A stretch of 64,000 nucleotides of DNA from Bacteriovorax sp. (GTDB lineage Bacteria; Bdellovibrionota; Bacteriovoracia; Bacteriovoracales; Bacteriovoracaceae). The stretch spans positions 15,532 through 79,531 of the forward strand of contig JBAZRY010000003.1 of the NCBI GenBank assembly GCA_041662705.1. The letters run 5' to 3'. Under the pieces are notes generated by a model. That model did no database searches. It was given only the letters and a program-made list of their open reading frames with translations, and was not told where the DNA came from. Each line of letters begins with the position of its first letter. Position 1 is the stretch's first letter. Position numbers and translations under genes: made by a program. Positions 9,456 to 19,520 of the stretch are shown in pieces.

Positions 9456-10868
9456 ATGTCACGCATGAAGGTTTTAGATATTTTTAGTCAAAACATTATC
9501 GATGTTGAAGCAACCGTTAAGGGCTGGGTAAGATCGGTAAGAAACTCGAAGAAATTTTCTTTTATTGTCTTGAACGACGGATCAACTCAAAATTCTTTGC
9601 AAATCATTGTCGATGCTACTTTGCCAAACTATGACGATGTAGCGAGTCTGTTGTCCGGTTCAGCTGTTGCCATTACCGGTCGACTGGTAAAAGGCGGTGG
9701 TAAAGTTCAGTCAATTGAGATGCAGGCCGGCACAGTTGAAGTTATCGGTCGTGTTGATGAATCTTATCCTCTTCAAAAGAAGGCTACTTCGCTTGAGTTT
9801 TTGAGAGAGCAGGCGCATTTGAGAATCCGAACTAATACCTTTGGCGCCATTATGAGAGTTCGCCACCACCTGGCCATGGCCACGCATGAATTTTTTTCTA
9901 AAAGAGGTTTCTTCTATCTGAATTCGCCGATTATTTCCGGTGTTGATGCTGAAGGCGCAGGAGAAATGTTTACAATTTCAACTCTGGCGAGCGATATCAC
10001 CAAGGCACCCAAAACCAAAGAGGGGAAACTTGATTTCTCAAGAGATTATTTTGGCAAGGAAACTTTCCTGGCGGTAACCGGACAGCTTGAAGGTGAGTGC
10101 TATGCCATGGGTCTTGGATCTATTTATACTTTTGGCCCGACATTTCGCTCTGAGAACTCTAATACGACCCGACACCTTTCAGAGTTCTGGATGATAGAGC
10201 CTGAAGTGGCCTTTGCTGATCTGGATGAGATTGCAGATCTTGCCACGGATTATATAAAATACCTTATATCTTACTCGCTCGAGCATGCAATGCCTGAGCT
10301 GGAATTTTTATTTAATCGTGAAGAGTCAACTGCTCCAAAAAATCATATGGATGTTCTTAAGCATGTACGCGATTCTAAATTCACGCGCATCACTTATACA
10401 GAGGCCATTGAAATTTTATCAAAGGTAGACCCTGGCGTTCGAAAATTCGAATACCCTACGGTTTGGGGGCACGAGCTTCAAACTGAGCATGAGCGTTTTC
10501 TAGCTGAAGAACATTTCAAAATGCCAGTGATTGTTACAGATTATCCAAAAGAGTTTAAGGCCTTTTATATGAAGCTAAATTCCGATGGTAAAACTGTGCG
10601 GGCCATGGATATTCTTGTTCCAGGTATCGGTGAAATTATCGGGGGCTCTCAACGTGAAGATAAATTAGAACTTCTTGAAAAAAGAATGGATGAGCTTCAA
10701 ATGCAGAAAGAACCGCTCTGGTGGTATCTGGATCTTCGCCGTTTCGGCTCCGTTCCTCACGCAGGATTTGGTCTGGGATTTGAGCGCGCCCTGATGTATA
10801 TCACTGGTGTTAACAATATCCGCGACGTGATTCCTTTCCCACGAACGCCAAAAAATTGTGATTTTTAA
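9456..10868 (+). CDS. asnS: Asparagine--tRNA ligase
   Basis: OB-fold GWVRSVR, FGPTFRSENSNTTRHLSEFWMIEPE, GEIIGGSQRE, PHAGFGLGFER; ATG 9456 after GGAG. Confidence 0.97.
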   Translation: MSRMKVLDIFSQNIIDVEATVKGWVRSVRNSKKFSFIVLNDGSTQNSLQIIVDATLPNYDDVASLLSGSAVAITGRLVKGGGKVQSIEMQAGTVEVIGRVDESYPLQKKATSLEFLREQAHLRIRTNTFGAIMRVRHHLAMATHEFFSKRGFFYLNSPIISGVDAEGAGEMFTISTLASDITKAPKTKEGKLDFSRDYFGKETFLAVTGQLEGECYAMGLGSIYTFGPTFRSENSNTTRHLSEFWMIEPEVAFADLDEIADLATDYIKYLISYSLEHAMPELEFLFNREESTAPKNHMDVLKHVRDSKFTRITYTEAIEILSKVDPGVRKFEYPTVWGHELQTEHERFLAEEHFKMPVIVTDYPKEFKAFYMKLNSDGKTVRAMDILVPGIGEIIGGSQREDKLELLEKRMDELQMQKEPLWWYLDLRRFGSVPHAGFGLGFERALMYITGVNNIRDVIPFPRTPKNCDF

Positions 10869-10881
10869 TTTTCGCTAAATA

Positions 10882-12288
10882 CTAAGTTTTTGCCGGTGGT
10901 GGAGTCGATCCGCCGCCACGATTACTGTTGTTACGATTGTTGTTATGGCGATTACGATTTCTATTATTATTGTTTCTGTTTTGATTATTGCTTTGGTTAT
11001 TGCGCGGACCAGCTTGCTGGCCACGAGGCTGAGAAGGCTGAAGATTTTGGTGATGATGCTGCTTAGGGACCTCTGCAGCTGGTGCCACAATGTTTTCATC
11101 CTCATCCACGAAATCTTCAATATGATCATTCTTTTTATAGAAATCGGATGTAGCGGAATCTAATTCCCGCTCGTGTGTAAGAATGGCGTTGTGTTCAAGA
11201 AATTTATCGCCTTTAATTTGCTCTTCCAGAGAAATGCCAATGCAATCTTTTGTTTCATTAATGATGTTTTCGAAAAATTCAGGAAATTTGTAATCATTGC
11301 CAAGATCAGACTCACGTCCTTTATATTGGTTTGCTGAATATCGACGTCTGATTCCAGTATCAGTGAGCATTTCAAACTGCTCAATCAGAATATTTAGTTT
11401 TTGTACTTTTCCTTTGTCGCCGTTAAGTGCTTTTATAAATGAACCTTCACGTGGAAGATTTTTTCTCTTGTCTGTGTAAACATCATCTTCATAACGGATG
11501 CAGCATTTGATCTGTCCGCAAACACCATTAAGTTTGGTTGGAATAAGAGCGAGATTTTGATTTTTTGCCATTTTGATGGATACGTTTCCATAATTTTTTA
11601 AAAAAGATGAACAGCAGGTCTGAAGGCCACAGGCCCCCACAGAGCCAAGGGCAGCAGCACGGTCCCGTACTGAAATTTGTCTAAGTTCAATTCTCATTTT
11701 TAAGTCGTAAACCAGATCCTTTACAAGATCCCTGAAGTCAACTCTGGCAGGAGCATTGAAATAGAAAACGGCTTTTTTGCCAAATTGAGTAAATTCAACA
11801 TGAGTTAAAATCATATCAAGTTGATGGCGCTCAATAAGATGAAGGCAAATAACTTCCGCCTTTTTTTCAGAATCACGGAATTCAATCTGGGCCTGAATAT
11901 CTTCCGGGCTGGCCACCTTTGCAATGGAGCGAACAGGAAGCATAGATTTATTGAAAACAACTTCGTATGGAAATGAATTAATATAACCTACGGTCATTCC
12001 GCGGTCACTCATCGCTACGACTTTCTGGCCGTATGAAAATCTTCTTTTGCCGGTAAGAAAAGGGAATGAGCGTGCGTTACCGGGGAAACGAACCCTAACC
12101 ATGGTCAGCTTTTCGCCGTCCTTGAATCTTGAATTCTCTTTTTCTTCCTGGTTTTTTTGTTCTTCTTCAGTTTCTTCGCTGTTGTAGATATATTCGCGCT
12201 CATTGCTATTTGAGTCGTTTTCATTTTCAATTTGTATATCTAGTTCCTGCTCAGAACTTACTTCACTATTATTGGCAACAGGCTGCAT
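10882..12288 (-). CDS. ricT: PSP1-C-terminal domain protein (RicT/YaaT family) with acidic N-terminal and N/Q/R-rich C-terminal tails
   Basis: RVDFRDLVKDL, RIELRQISVRD, GACGLQTCCS, KLNGVCGQIKCCIRYE; follows tmk-holB. Confidence 0.8.
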   Translation of the reverse strand: MQPVANNSEVSSEQELDIQIENENDSNSNEREYIYNSEETEEEQKNQEEKENSRFKDGEKLTMVRVRFPGNARSFPFLTGKRRFSYGQKVVAMSDRGMTVGYINSFPYEVVFNKSMLPVRSIAKVASPEDIQAQIEFRDSEKKAEVICLHLIERHQLDMILTHVEFTQFGKKAVFYFNAPARVDFRDLVKDLVYDLKMRIELRQISVRDRAAALGSVGACGLQTCCSSFLKNYGNVSIKMAKNQNLALIPTKLNGVCGQIKCCIRYEDDVYTDKRKNLPREGSFIKALNGDKGKVQKLNILIEQFEMLTDTGIRRRYSANQYKGRESDLGNDYKFPEFFENIINETKDCIGISLEEQIKGDKFLEHNAILTHERELDSATSDFYKKNDHIEDFVDEDENIVAPAAEVPKQHHHQNLQPSQPRGQQAGPRNNQSNNQNRNNNNRNRNRHNNNRNNSNRGGGSTPPPAKT

Positions 12289-12371
12289 TGTTTCATCAAT
12301 CCCGGGATTTTGTTAAATACTAAAAATTATGGTGATTTGAGGTAAAATTGTCACTGCACAAGGCAATAATA

Positions 12372-13079
12372 TTAGGGAAAAAATGCGGCTAAACGAGATT
12401 GTTTTGAATTATTGTAACTGGCGGCTACTTCAAAGTTTTCCAGGTTTCGAAGCACTGCTTCCAATTTATTATAATATTCCGGCGTTGCTGTGGCGTGAGA
12501 GAGGACATCAAAAATAGCGAGTTCAATAAATTTCTTTTCATCAGCATTTGCATTGGACGATTGCTTCAAATGGGCCAAAAGCTGGGCAGGAGAGTTAAAA
12601 TCTTCAAAATTAGCGGAATTTGGGAGCACCTGTGCATTTTTAGGAGTTGGTATTTGCAATTTAATGGCGCGGCTTTCAACAGTGGCCAGCAGGACTGCAT
12701 TGTCAGGTACCATCATGATCAAACAGAAATCAGCTCCCAGTTCTTCGAAAGTTTTGAGCAATTTCGAGGAGAGGATGACAGAGAGATCGGGGGCATCGAA
12801 GAGGAAGATAAATTTTTTGTTTAACTGTATTGGACGGTAATTTAAAAAATTTAAAAATTGTTTTATACTTGCGGATTCAACTTTATATTCAGTTTCTTTT
12901 TCAGTCTTGTTTATTTTTAAAACATCCGGGTGATCGGCCACGCTAGAAAATTGAGCGAGAAATTCATCAACCCAGAGATTGGGATCGATCATTGCTGAGT
13001 CGTATCTGGCCATATAAAGCGCGGCCAGATTTTTATCCAGATATTTTTTATAAAGAAGTTTTTGAAGACTATCGTTCAA
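12372..13079 (-). CDS. holB: DNA polymerase III delta-prime-like subunit (divergent, short)
   Basis: HPDVLKI, SSKLLKTFEE, LLATVESRA; lies between tmk and ricT. Confidence 0.7.
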   Translation of the reverse strand: MNDSLQKLLYKKYLDKNLAALYMARYDSAMIDPNLWVDEFLAQFSSVADHPDVLKINKTEKETEYKVESASIKQFLNFLNYRPIQLNKKFIFLFDAPDLSVILSSKLLKTFEELGADFCLIMMVPDNAVLLATVESRAIKLQIPTPKNAQVLPNSANFEDFNSPAQLLAHLKQSSNANADEKKFIELAIFDVLSHATATPEYYNKLEAVLRNLENFEVAASYNNSKQSRLAAFFP

Positions 13080-13097
13080 AGATTTTATCTCCTAAAT

Positions 13098-13805
13098 TTA
13101 CTCGTTGTCTTCGAGATCGCTGCTCTGTCTTGAACTGATTAGTTTATCAATTGATCCTAAAAGTGAAGTGGTCACCTGATCAAGTGAGCCTTCAGCGTCG
13201 AGTTTTAAGATTCTATTGGGGAAAAGCTCATGCATTAAATCATATCCCACCACTAATTTTTTATAAAATTCGATTCCCTTTGCTTCAAAATAATCTTTGG
13301 GAGCATTTCTGATTTTTTGCCTTTTCTCTGAAGTCTCAACTCCAATTCGTAAATAAAATGTTAAATGCGGAACTATATTAAGTGGAAATATATTATGGAT
13401 TTCCAGGACCTGTGCGACACCAAGGCCGCGGGCGTGCCCCTGGTAGACCATTGAGCTGTCAATATAGCGATCGCAGATAACGACAGTATTTGGTTTTGAA
13501 AGCTCTTGTAGAATGACTTCAGAAAGTAGCTGGGCCCGTGAAGCCGCAAACAAATGGGCCTCTGCGAGCGGAGTCAGTTCCGTTTTGGTTTCTAAAATGG
13601 CCTGTCGTAATTTTTCACCAAAAGGCGTTCCACCTGGCTCGCGAAGAATCAGAACTCGAAAGTTTTTTTCTTCCAGATAAGCCTTTAATCGTGTGATCTG
13701 GGTTGATTTTCCCGCACCTTCAATGCCTTCAAAACTCAAAAAAAATGAGCCCGGAAAGGCCGGAGCGCGAAACGAACTCAATAGTTCGTGAGTAATCTCT
13801 TTCAT
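13098..13805 (-). CDS. tmk: Thymidylate kinase
   Basis: FEGIEGAGKST, REPGGT, VICDRYIDSS..YQG. Confidence 0.95.
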   Translation of the reverse strand: MKEITHELLSSFRAPAFPGSFFLSFEGIEGAGKSTQITRLKAYLEEKNFRVLILREPGGTPFGEKLRQAILETKTELTPLAEAHLFAASRAQLLSEVILQELSKPNTVVICDRYIDSSMVYQGHARGLGVAQVLEIHNIFPLNIVPHLTFYLRIGVETSEKRQKIRNAPKDYFEAKGIEFYKKLVVGYDLMHELFPNRILKLDAEGSLDQVTTSLLGSIDKLISSRQSSDLEDNE

Positions 13806-13887
13806 AATCGTCCTGTGATAAAAGATAAAATTGCTAGCTTTAATGCATCAACTTTAGCAATTTTCGCAGAGATCAACAAGCAATTGG

Positions 13888-15048
13888 TTAATTGGACGAT
13901 TCCTGATTAAAAAGGGGCTCACCCTCAGGTGCCGGTGCCGGCATGGTTGCGCTATCAAAATTTTCTTTGGAAATTTGCGCTCGAACCGGGTCTAGTTCCA
14001 TTGGCGAAGCATTATCGTAATAATAATTGCTGTCTTCGGAAGTCCCTGAATCGTCCTGAGGTAAACTGTCCTGAAATGTTTTAGTTTCCATAAAGGATTT
14101 TTTCGACGCTGGACGTACTGGATTGAGTTTTCTGGTTTCAAATTTACCCATTCGTCTCTGGCTATTAAAACCATTTGAGTCAGTACGTGAGTTTCTTGCA
14201 TTGGGTGCATTAAAGTTCGTCGGCTCTTCTACAGGAGTGAGCATTTCCGCCTGCTCTCCAACTGAAGTCGTCTGGACATTGGCAAACGGCGAAGAAAGCT
14301 GTGATTTAATACTATAAAGAAAATAAACGATACCCAGAACTGAGACCACCAGAAGCCATTTGTAGATTGAAGAGGTCTTTGCTTTTTTAGACATCTCATC
14401 CTGATACGAACTTTCTTTAGCTTTTTCGATCGTTCTACCTTTCTTAAGATTTCCAAGAAAGGCGAGTGAGGTAAATGCATCAGTGGTCTCACCAATATTG
14501 TTTAGCACTTCACTGGGTCTGTTTAATAAATCAGAGTCCGGTTTTCCTGGCAGTTGGTCGCTGTCGCGAAGGGCGCGTCGGTCAAAGCCATCCACTTGAT
14601 AGAGTTTGCTCCAGACATGTCCACCGTTATAGGAAACCATATCAGTTAAAAGGATTTCTCTATTCTCTACCATTTCTAAGAGCTGACCTTTTTCAAAGGG
14701 ACCGGTCTTCTGTCCTTTTTGAAGGATAAAAAATTGCAGGTCATCGTCATCGCTGCTCAAGCTCTCTGCCGAAACAAGCTGAGGCTTTCTTCTTTGAAAA
14801 TATGGATGCTCAAAGATATTGAGCCATTGGTCTTCATCGATATTCTTTACTGAATAATTCCTGGCCTCTTCTTCATGTTCTAAAACATAGGCCTTTAAAT
14901 CATAGAGAGAAATAAATCCCAGACTGTGTTCAGCGTCTTTGATTTCAAAAATATGTTCGCGCATTTCCACATTTGCCGTTATTTCAGCTTCAGTGAAAAT
15001 GATATCTTTTAGGTATGTTTCTAAAACGGCCAGATTGTTTAAAGCCAT
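13888..15048 (-). CDS. GYF_2 (DUF4339)-like domain single-pass membrane protein
   Basis: GQKTGPFEKGQLLEMVENREI..TDMV....W; one TM segment WLLVVSVLGIVYFLYSI. Confidence 0.6.
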   Translation of the reverse strand: MALNNLAVLETYLKDIIFTEAEITANVEMREHIFEIKDAEHSLGFISLYDLKAYVLEHEEEARNYSVKNIDEDQWLNIFEHPYFQRRKPQLVSAESLSSDDDDLQFFILQKGQKTGPFEKGQLLEMVENREILLTDMVSYNGGHVWSKLYQVDGFDRRALRDSDQLPGKPDSDLLNRPSEVLNNIGETTDAFTSLAFLGNLKKGRTIEKAKESSYQDEMSKKAKTSSIYKWLLVVSVLGIVYFLYSIKSQLSSPFANVQTTSVGEQAEMLTPVEEPTNFNAPNARNSRTDSNGFNSQRRMGKFETRKLNPVRPASKKSFMETKTFQDSLPQDDSGTSEDSNYYYDNASPMELDPVRAQISKENFDSATMPAPAPEGEPLFNQESSN

Positions 15049-15091
15049 GGTTGCCCCAATTGTTCCATCCTACGCAGATGTCCTTAGTGGC

Positions 15092-15118
15092 TTATCGGGC
15101 TTTATTTGAAAATTTTTA
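15092..15118 (-). promoter_or_regulatory. Putative sigma28 (FliA) promoter
   Basis: Minus strand TAAAAATT-N11-CCCGATAA vs consensus TAAAGTTT-N11-GCCGATAA, 44 nt upstream of the 15048 ATG. Confidence 0.6.
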
Positions 15119-15132
15119 GGGTGTTTTTGGGC

Positions 15133-15164
15133 AAAAAAAAGGCCGGTAATTAACCGACCTTTTT
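15133..15164 (-). terminator. Intrinsic terminator
   Basis: Minus strand GGTCGGT-TAATT-ACCGGCC-TTTTTTTT right after the 15169 stop. Confidence 0.7.
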
Positions 15165-15168
15165 GGTG

Positions 15169-16221
15169 TTAAAGTGAAAAATCCATATATAAAGCTAATT
15201 CCGGGTATTTAAATTTCTCTGATAGGAAGTCCTTCCCATCTCTTGCATGAAACATTTCAGTTCCTATTTCACCAGTCAGAGTAGCTTTTGGACTGAATGA
15301 ATGTGACCAACCTATATAATACTCAAAGTAATCGTCTTTGCTCTGAGGTGCTTTCGTAAAGTTTTCACTGTGATAATACTTTAGCTGAAAATAGGTTCCG
15401 TCTTTATCGTTCCATTGATAATTAATGTAACCAACGTTCATTTCATGAGTAATGCTGAAACTGCGAGCAGTGTTGTCGTGATGAGGGGTATTAATAACGA
15501 TATCATCGTTAATTAACCAGGTCATTTTTTCTGATAATTGAAAAGTGTAGGTTGGAATCAATTCCGCACTATGTTTCCAGGTAGTGGCCGAAGGATGTTT
15601 ATAATCGTTTTGCAGGTATTGAACAAAAAGCGACCCTTTCCCTTTTGTGAGTGTGGTGAATACTCGGTTGTTTCCGTATGACGAAAGAGCAGCAATTCCA
15701 GTATTAAACTGTCTGCGGCCAATACCGGCGTCCATAGTAAGACCATGGATCTTTTCGGATAAAATATTTTTTCTTGTAAGAGTGAAAAGAGCTCGGAAAA
15801 AAGTATTAGGAAACGAAGTATCAAGACCGTCGACATCAGAATACTTAAATTCACTGGTGGCCAGTACTTGCCAGTCTTTAGTTGGTTTATAAATAACAGT
15901 AGGATTGTGCATGATTTTTATATCTTGAATGTCATTCTCTTTTCTGAGGGGACTGAGAGCATCACGTCTTACTAAGTAATATTCACCATGATAAGAAGCT
16001 GAGAATTTTTCTCTCATGTATTTAATGACATCACTAACTTTTGAAGAAGAAGGTGTTGGAGTTATCACTGCAGTTGCAGGAGCAATTTCCTTTTTTGCTT
16101 CCACGACCTTTTCATCTTTTTTCTTTGTAGTTGCTTTTGCCGATGGCGCTGTTGTGCTTTGGGCATAAACATGACCTGATAATAAAATCGCCGCAGTCAT
16201 TAATACAGTCTTTGCGTACAT
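15169..16221 (-). CDS. Exported protein, probable outer-membrane beta-barrel
   Basis: Signal peptide (VYA|Q), low-complexity T/K/A linker, alternating aromatic strands, C-terminal YMDFSL. Confidence 0.6.
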   Translation of the reverse strand: MYAKTVLMTAAILLSGHVYAQSTTAPSAKATTKKKDEKVVEAKKEIAPATAVITPTPSSSKVSDVIKYMREKFSASYHGEYYLVRRDALSPLRKENDIQDIKIMHNPTVIYKPTKDWQVLATSEFKYSDVDGLDTSFPNTFFRALFTLTRKNILSEKIHGLTMDAGIGRRQFNTGIAALSSYGNNRVFTTLTKGKGSLFVQYLQNDYKHPSATTWKHSAELIPTYTFQLSEKMTWLINDDIVINTPHHDNTARSFSITHEMNVGYINYQWNDKDGTYFQLKYYHSENFTKAPQSKDDYFEYYIGWSHSFSPKATLTGEIGTEMFHARDGKDFLSEKFKYPELALYMDFSL

Positions 16222-16440
16222 TGAAATAGCTCCCCTTTTATGTCGGTTATTTAAAGTGTTCTGTTATTAGTGTTATTGAGAAGACATATTGTTATGTTTT
16301 TTACTCAAGAATACAACGATGTTTTAAATAGTTGCCTACAAAAGGCCCAATTGTAAGAAATAGTAAGGAATTTGAGTGTTTGCTTTAAATCACAAAAGCT
16401 AAAGTGACAACCTGTCCCTAGTCTGCGATTCTATTGGATT

Positions 16441-17748
16441 ATGTCACGGATAATTTTTATTTCTCTTTTATTTATTGCGGATCTCATTCGGGGCCCAGCG
16501 TCAGTGTTGCTCATTATTTTAAAGAATTTTATTCCTCTGGCGAGAAAACGAATTGATTTTGAACGCAAGAATTTAGTCGAAGAGGGGTGTCGCTCTTTTA
16601 AAAAAGATTTTTTAATCGCAGATTACTGCTTTGAAGTCTCTTCTGAGGGTGAGCTTGAACAGGTTCGACCCCTTATCGAAAACTTTTTGGCCCGGGGATT
16701 GAGAATTGAAATCCTGTTTTCTTCGCCATCGGTAGAAAGCAAATGCCAGAAGCTCGCACACGATTATAGCGATTCAATCCGTATTTTAAGATTGCCCCTT
16801 GCCAGCTTTGCGCCGATAAATTTTCTTTTTTTCCAGGGATTGTGGCAATGGGTGAGTGCTTCGAAAATAATTTTTTGCAGGTATGATTTTTTTCCCGAGC
16901 TTCTTTCTTTTAAATTTTTTGGGAAAAAGCTCATCCTCTTATCAGCTGCGGATAAGAAGCATAGCTGGTTTAAGCGTGAGGCTTACTCCCTTTTCGATTT
17001 AATTGTTGCTGCAAATACATTTGAGGAAAATCATTTTAAGAAGATGTTTCCGTTAAAAAGAATTTATTCATTTGATTTTCGAGTTCCTCGCATTTTTGAG
17101 AGAGTGAAAGCTTCCGGGGAAACCCTCAATAAAGTCGGTCTGATTAAACAATACCTGTCATTCCTTGAGCAGAGACCTGCCAATTCAAATATAATTCTTG
17201 GCAGTGCGTGGGTAAGCGATCTTGCGATTCTGAAAAACACTGAGCTCAAAAATGATCTTCAGAGCGGTAAAGTGCATCTGACGATAGTGCCCCATAGCTT
17301 AAGCGCTCCGTCGATACAGGCCATAAAAGACGAATTAAAATCCTCATTACCAGAGATTCCGGTCTTTGAACTGTCTGCTTCATCAGAATCATTTGGCCCG
17401 CTGGGTATAATCATCCTGAATTGTAGCGGCATTCTCTGCGAGCTATACAGCAGATTTTCTTTTTCATATGTTGGAGGTGGATATGAGCGATCAATTCACT
17501 CTGTCTTAGAGCCCTTTTTATCCGGATCAGCTGTAAGCTGCGGACCGATTGTTCATCGCTCAACTGAATACGACTATATTAAAGAAATTGCTCCGGGGGA
17601 GATAAGCCTTCTCAAAAATCCTGAAAGCTTTTATAATCTTTATATGGATTACAGTAAAAAAACCCCAGATCAAACGCTTCGGAGCGAATTGAAGAATAAT
17701 GCCAGCGCCCAGATGGAGAGCATAATTAAAGAGATTGAGTCATGCTGA
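16441..17748 (+). CDS. waaA: Kdo transferase-like glycosyltransferase (divergent)
   Basis: N-terminal anchor, SSEGE..QVRPLI, RLPL, RYDFFPEL, YVGGG...IHSVLEP, GP. Confidence 0.75.
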   Translation: MSRIIFISLLFIADLIRGPASVLLIILKNFIPLARKRIDFERKNLVEEGCRSFKKDFLIADYCFEVSSEGELEQVRPLIENFLARGLRIEILFSSPSVESKCQKLAHDYSDSIRILRLPLASFAPINFLFFQGLWQWVSASKIIFCRYDFFPELLSFKFFGKKLILLSAADKKHSWFKREAYSLFDLIVAANTFEENHFKKMFPLKRIYSFDFRVPRIFERVKASGETLNKVGLIKQYLSFLEQRPANSNIILGSAWVSDLAILKNTELKNDLQSGKVHLTIVPHSLSAPSIQAIKDELKSSLPEIPVFELSASSESFGPLGIIILNCSGILCELYSRFSFSYVGGGYERSIHSVLEPFLSGSAVSCGPIVHRSTEYDYIKEIAPGEISLLKNPESFYNLYMDYSKKTPDQTLRSELKNNASAQMESIIKEIESC

Positions 17749-19133
17749 ATAAAGATATAGATTTTGCTCTGGTCGGACATAATTTTATTACCTTTTTACT
17801 TTCCATTGGATTGCTCAACCGCGGAAAGAAAGTTCTTATTCTTGATGACGATCGTTTTAATTATGGCGATTTTTTTACAAATTCCCTGACACTTCTTGAT
17901 GTAGAATTCTTAAGAAGCTGGGGAGATTTGGGCGGACTTCTTCCGCTGGTGAATATTGATGATTATCTCTCGGCTGAATCAGTGTATTTTTATGTTGGAA
18001 AAAAGCAGGTAGTTTTAGGGGATACGCCCATAAGAAATTATCGTGAGCTATGCAGAAAATTTCCCAATTTATTCATTGACGGCAAAAGTGGATCTCTCAG
18101 TGATTCAAATGAAGTTACCGCTTTTAACAGCAGTTATAATGATTTTTGTTCCAAAGTTACCCGTTCAATTTTTAATGAGAAAAACGCATCCAAAATATCC
18201 CGGACTTTTGAGGCATCTATTCCTGCTGATTTGATTTTTCATTTTCAGCATTTTTTTTCTCATTTTTCAATGAAAGATGATATGAATGAAATTGATCGGG
18301 GAGAATTCAATGCTCTGATTTTTATGACCAGAGGTTTTTTTCAGAACAGGCTCTCCAGCACAGGCAGCCGTGCGGAAATCATGCATCTTTTCTTCTCCTT
18401 GATATCGCCTTATTTTAAACTGGATCATGAACGGCTGATTCAGGACCTGTTGGTTGTGCACCAGGCGGCAGGCGGCGAATTCAAAAAATTAAATCTTGCT
18501 GATTTAAAGTTTCAGAGCGGTCTTGTGAAGAGCTTTGAGCTGGAGAGTTTTGAGGGAATCATTAAGCCCAAAAAGATGGCCTTTATCGGTGGCTATCCCG
18601 TCGGTCTTCCTATTCGTTTAAAAACATCCTCCGCTTCTTATAATTGCCTTAATGTTACCCTTAAATTCAAGCACCAGTTGCCCAAACTCTTAAAAAATAA
18701 AAAAGTGCTCTTTTCCAGCCCGATGAAAATTGGGACTGACAGGCCTTTTTGGGAAGTTTATTTCAAGGATAATATCGCAGTCTTTAATATCATCATGGCC
18801 AAGCGTGAGGGCGGCAAAGTAGATTTTATAAAAGAGCGTGTACTCAATTTTTTAAAAGATGACCTGCTTTTTTTATATCCCGAATACAGTTTTGAAATTA
18901 TCGGCAACGATATGAAGTTTACTTTGGATGTCTTTATAGAAGATAAAGACTACAAAGCGTACAAGAGGATTGATTCAACTCTGGGCATGAAATTGGTGGA
19001 AGTACTGGAAGACACCGCTCCTCTTATCTTTTCACGCTTAAAGAATGTTCTCTATTTTGGTCCTTATAATGAAGATGCTCTTGGGACCTTTTCCTCTCTT
19101 ATTGAAATCAAACGATGGAGAGAGTCCCTTTGA
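17742..19133 (+). CDS. Hypothetical protein with degenerate Rossmann-like N-terminus
   Basis: DFALVGHNFITFLLSIGLLNRGKKVLILDD resembles a beta-alpha-beta FAD-binding unit lacking GxGxxG; start overlaps waaA stop. Confidence 0.5.
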   Translation: MLNKDIDFALVGHNFITFLLSIGLLNRGKKVLILDDDRFNYGDFFTNSLTLLDVEFLRSWGDLGGLLPLVNIDDYLSAESVYFYVGKKQVVLGDTPIRNYRELCRKFPNLFIDGKSGSLSDSNEVTAFNSSYNDFCSKVTRSIFNEKNASKISRTFEASIPADLIFHFQHFFSHFSMKDDMNEIDRGEFNALIFMTRGFFQNRLSSTGSRAEIMHLFFSLISPYFKLDHERLIQDLLVVHQAAGGEFKKLNLADLKFQSGLVKSFELESFEGIIKPKKMAFIGGYPVGLPIRLKTSSASYNCLNVTLKFKHQLPKLLKNKKVLFSSPMKIGTDRPFWEVYFKDNIAVFNIIMAKREGGKVDFIKERVLNFLKDDLLFLYPEYSFEIIGNDMKFTLDVFIEDKDYKAYKRIDSTLGMKLVEVLEDTAPLIFSRLKNVLYFGPYNEDALGTFSSLIEIKRWRESL

Positions 19134-19363
19134 GAGATATTAAAAAGGATCAAAAAGGGCAGACCGTCATTGAATATCTACTGATGCTCCTAGTCATGGT
19201 GAGCATTATTACTAGCATCCTAACTCGTATTAAAACCAAGTACCTGGGTGACCCCACCAAATGCACCAGCGCAGCAAATAAGAAGACACTTCTTTGTAAA
19301 ATCAATGGAATAATTGAGCCGAATACTGAAGGGAAGAAATTCCAGCGATGGCGTATAAAATAG
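19115..19363 (+). CDS. Small Flp/TadE-like prepilin
   Basis: Class III signal KKDQKG|QTVIEY followed by a hydrophobic helix; true start may be TTG 19129 after GGAGAG. Confidence 0.6.
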   Translation: MERVPLRDIKKDQKGQTVIEYLLMLLVMVSIITSILTRIKTKYLGDPTKCTSAANKKTLLCKINGIIEPNTEGKKFQRWRIK

Positions 19364-19520
19364 TCTAAATAAATCATACTACCCAGTAAAATCTACACGA
19401 CACGACGAATTATGGTGTGAAAATATCGGAGTCTGTTATAACAAGGTGGAAATTGTAATTGGTATTTAAATGAAAAAAAGCCCTGCGAAAACTCGCAAGC
19501 TTTGGCCCAAAGGAGAAGTT

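Noticed and set aside
10875-11163. Hydrophobic Ile/Thr/Val-rich ORFs (10875-11129 minus, 10945-11163 plus)
   Set aside because: Alternate-frame shadows of the AAT/AAC-rich RicT tail
12372-13079. holB pseudogene (no Walker A, no Zn finger)
   Set aside because: The ORF is intact and syntenic; delta-prime is an inactive AAA+ subunit and often degenerate
13827-13864. AT-rich inverted repeat AAAATTGCTA-N18-TAGCAATTTT upstream of tmk
   Set aside because: Weak stem, no second copy, and no function can be assigned
19484-19515. c-di-GMP riboswitch-like hairpins before the OMP gene
   Set aside because: Two 5-bp stems only; no GEMM consensus recognisable
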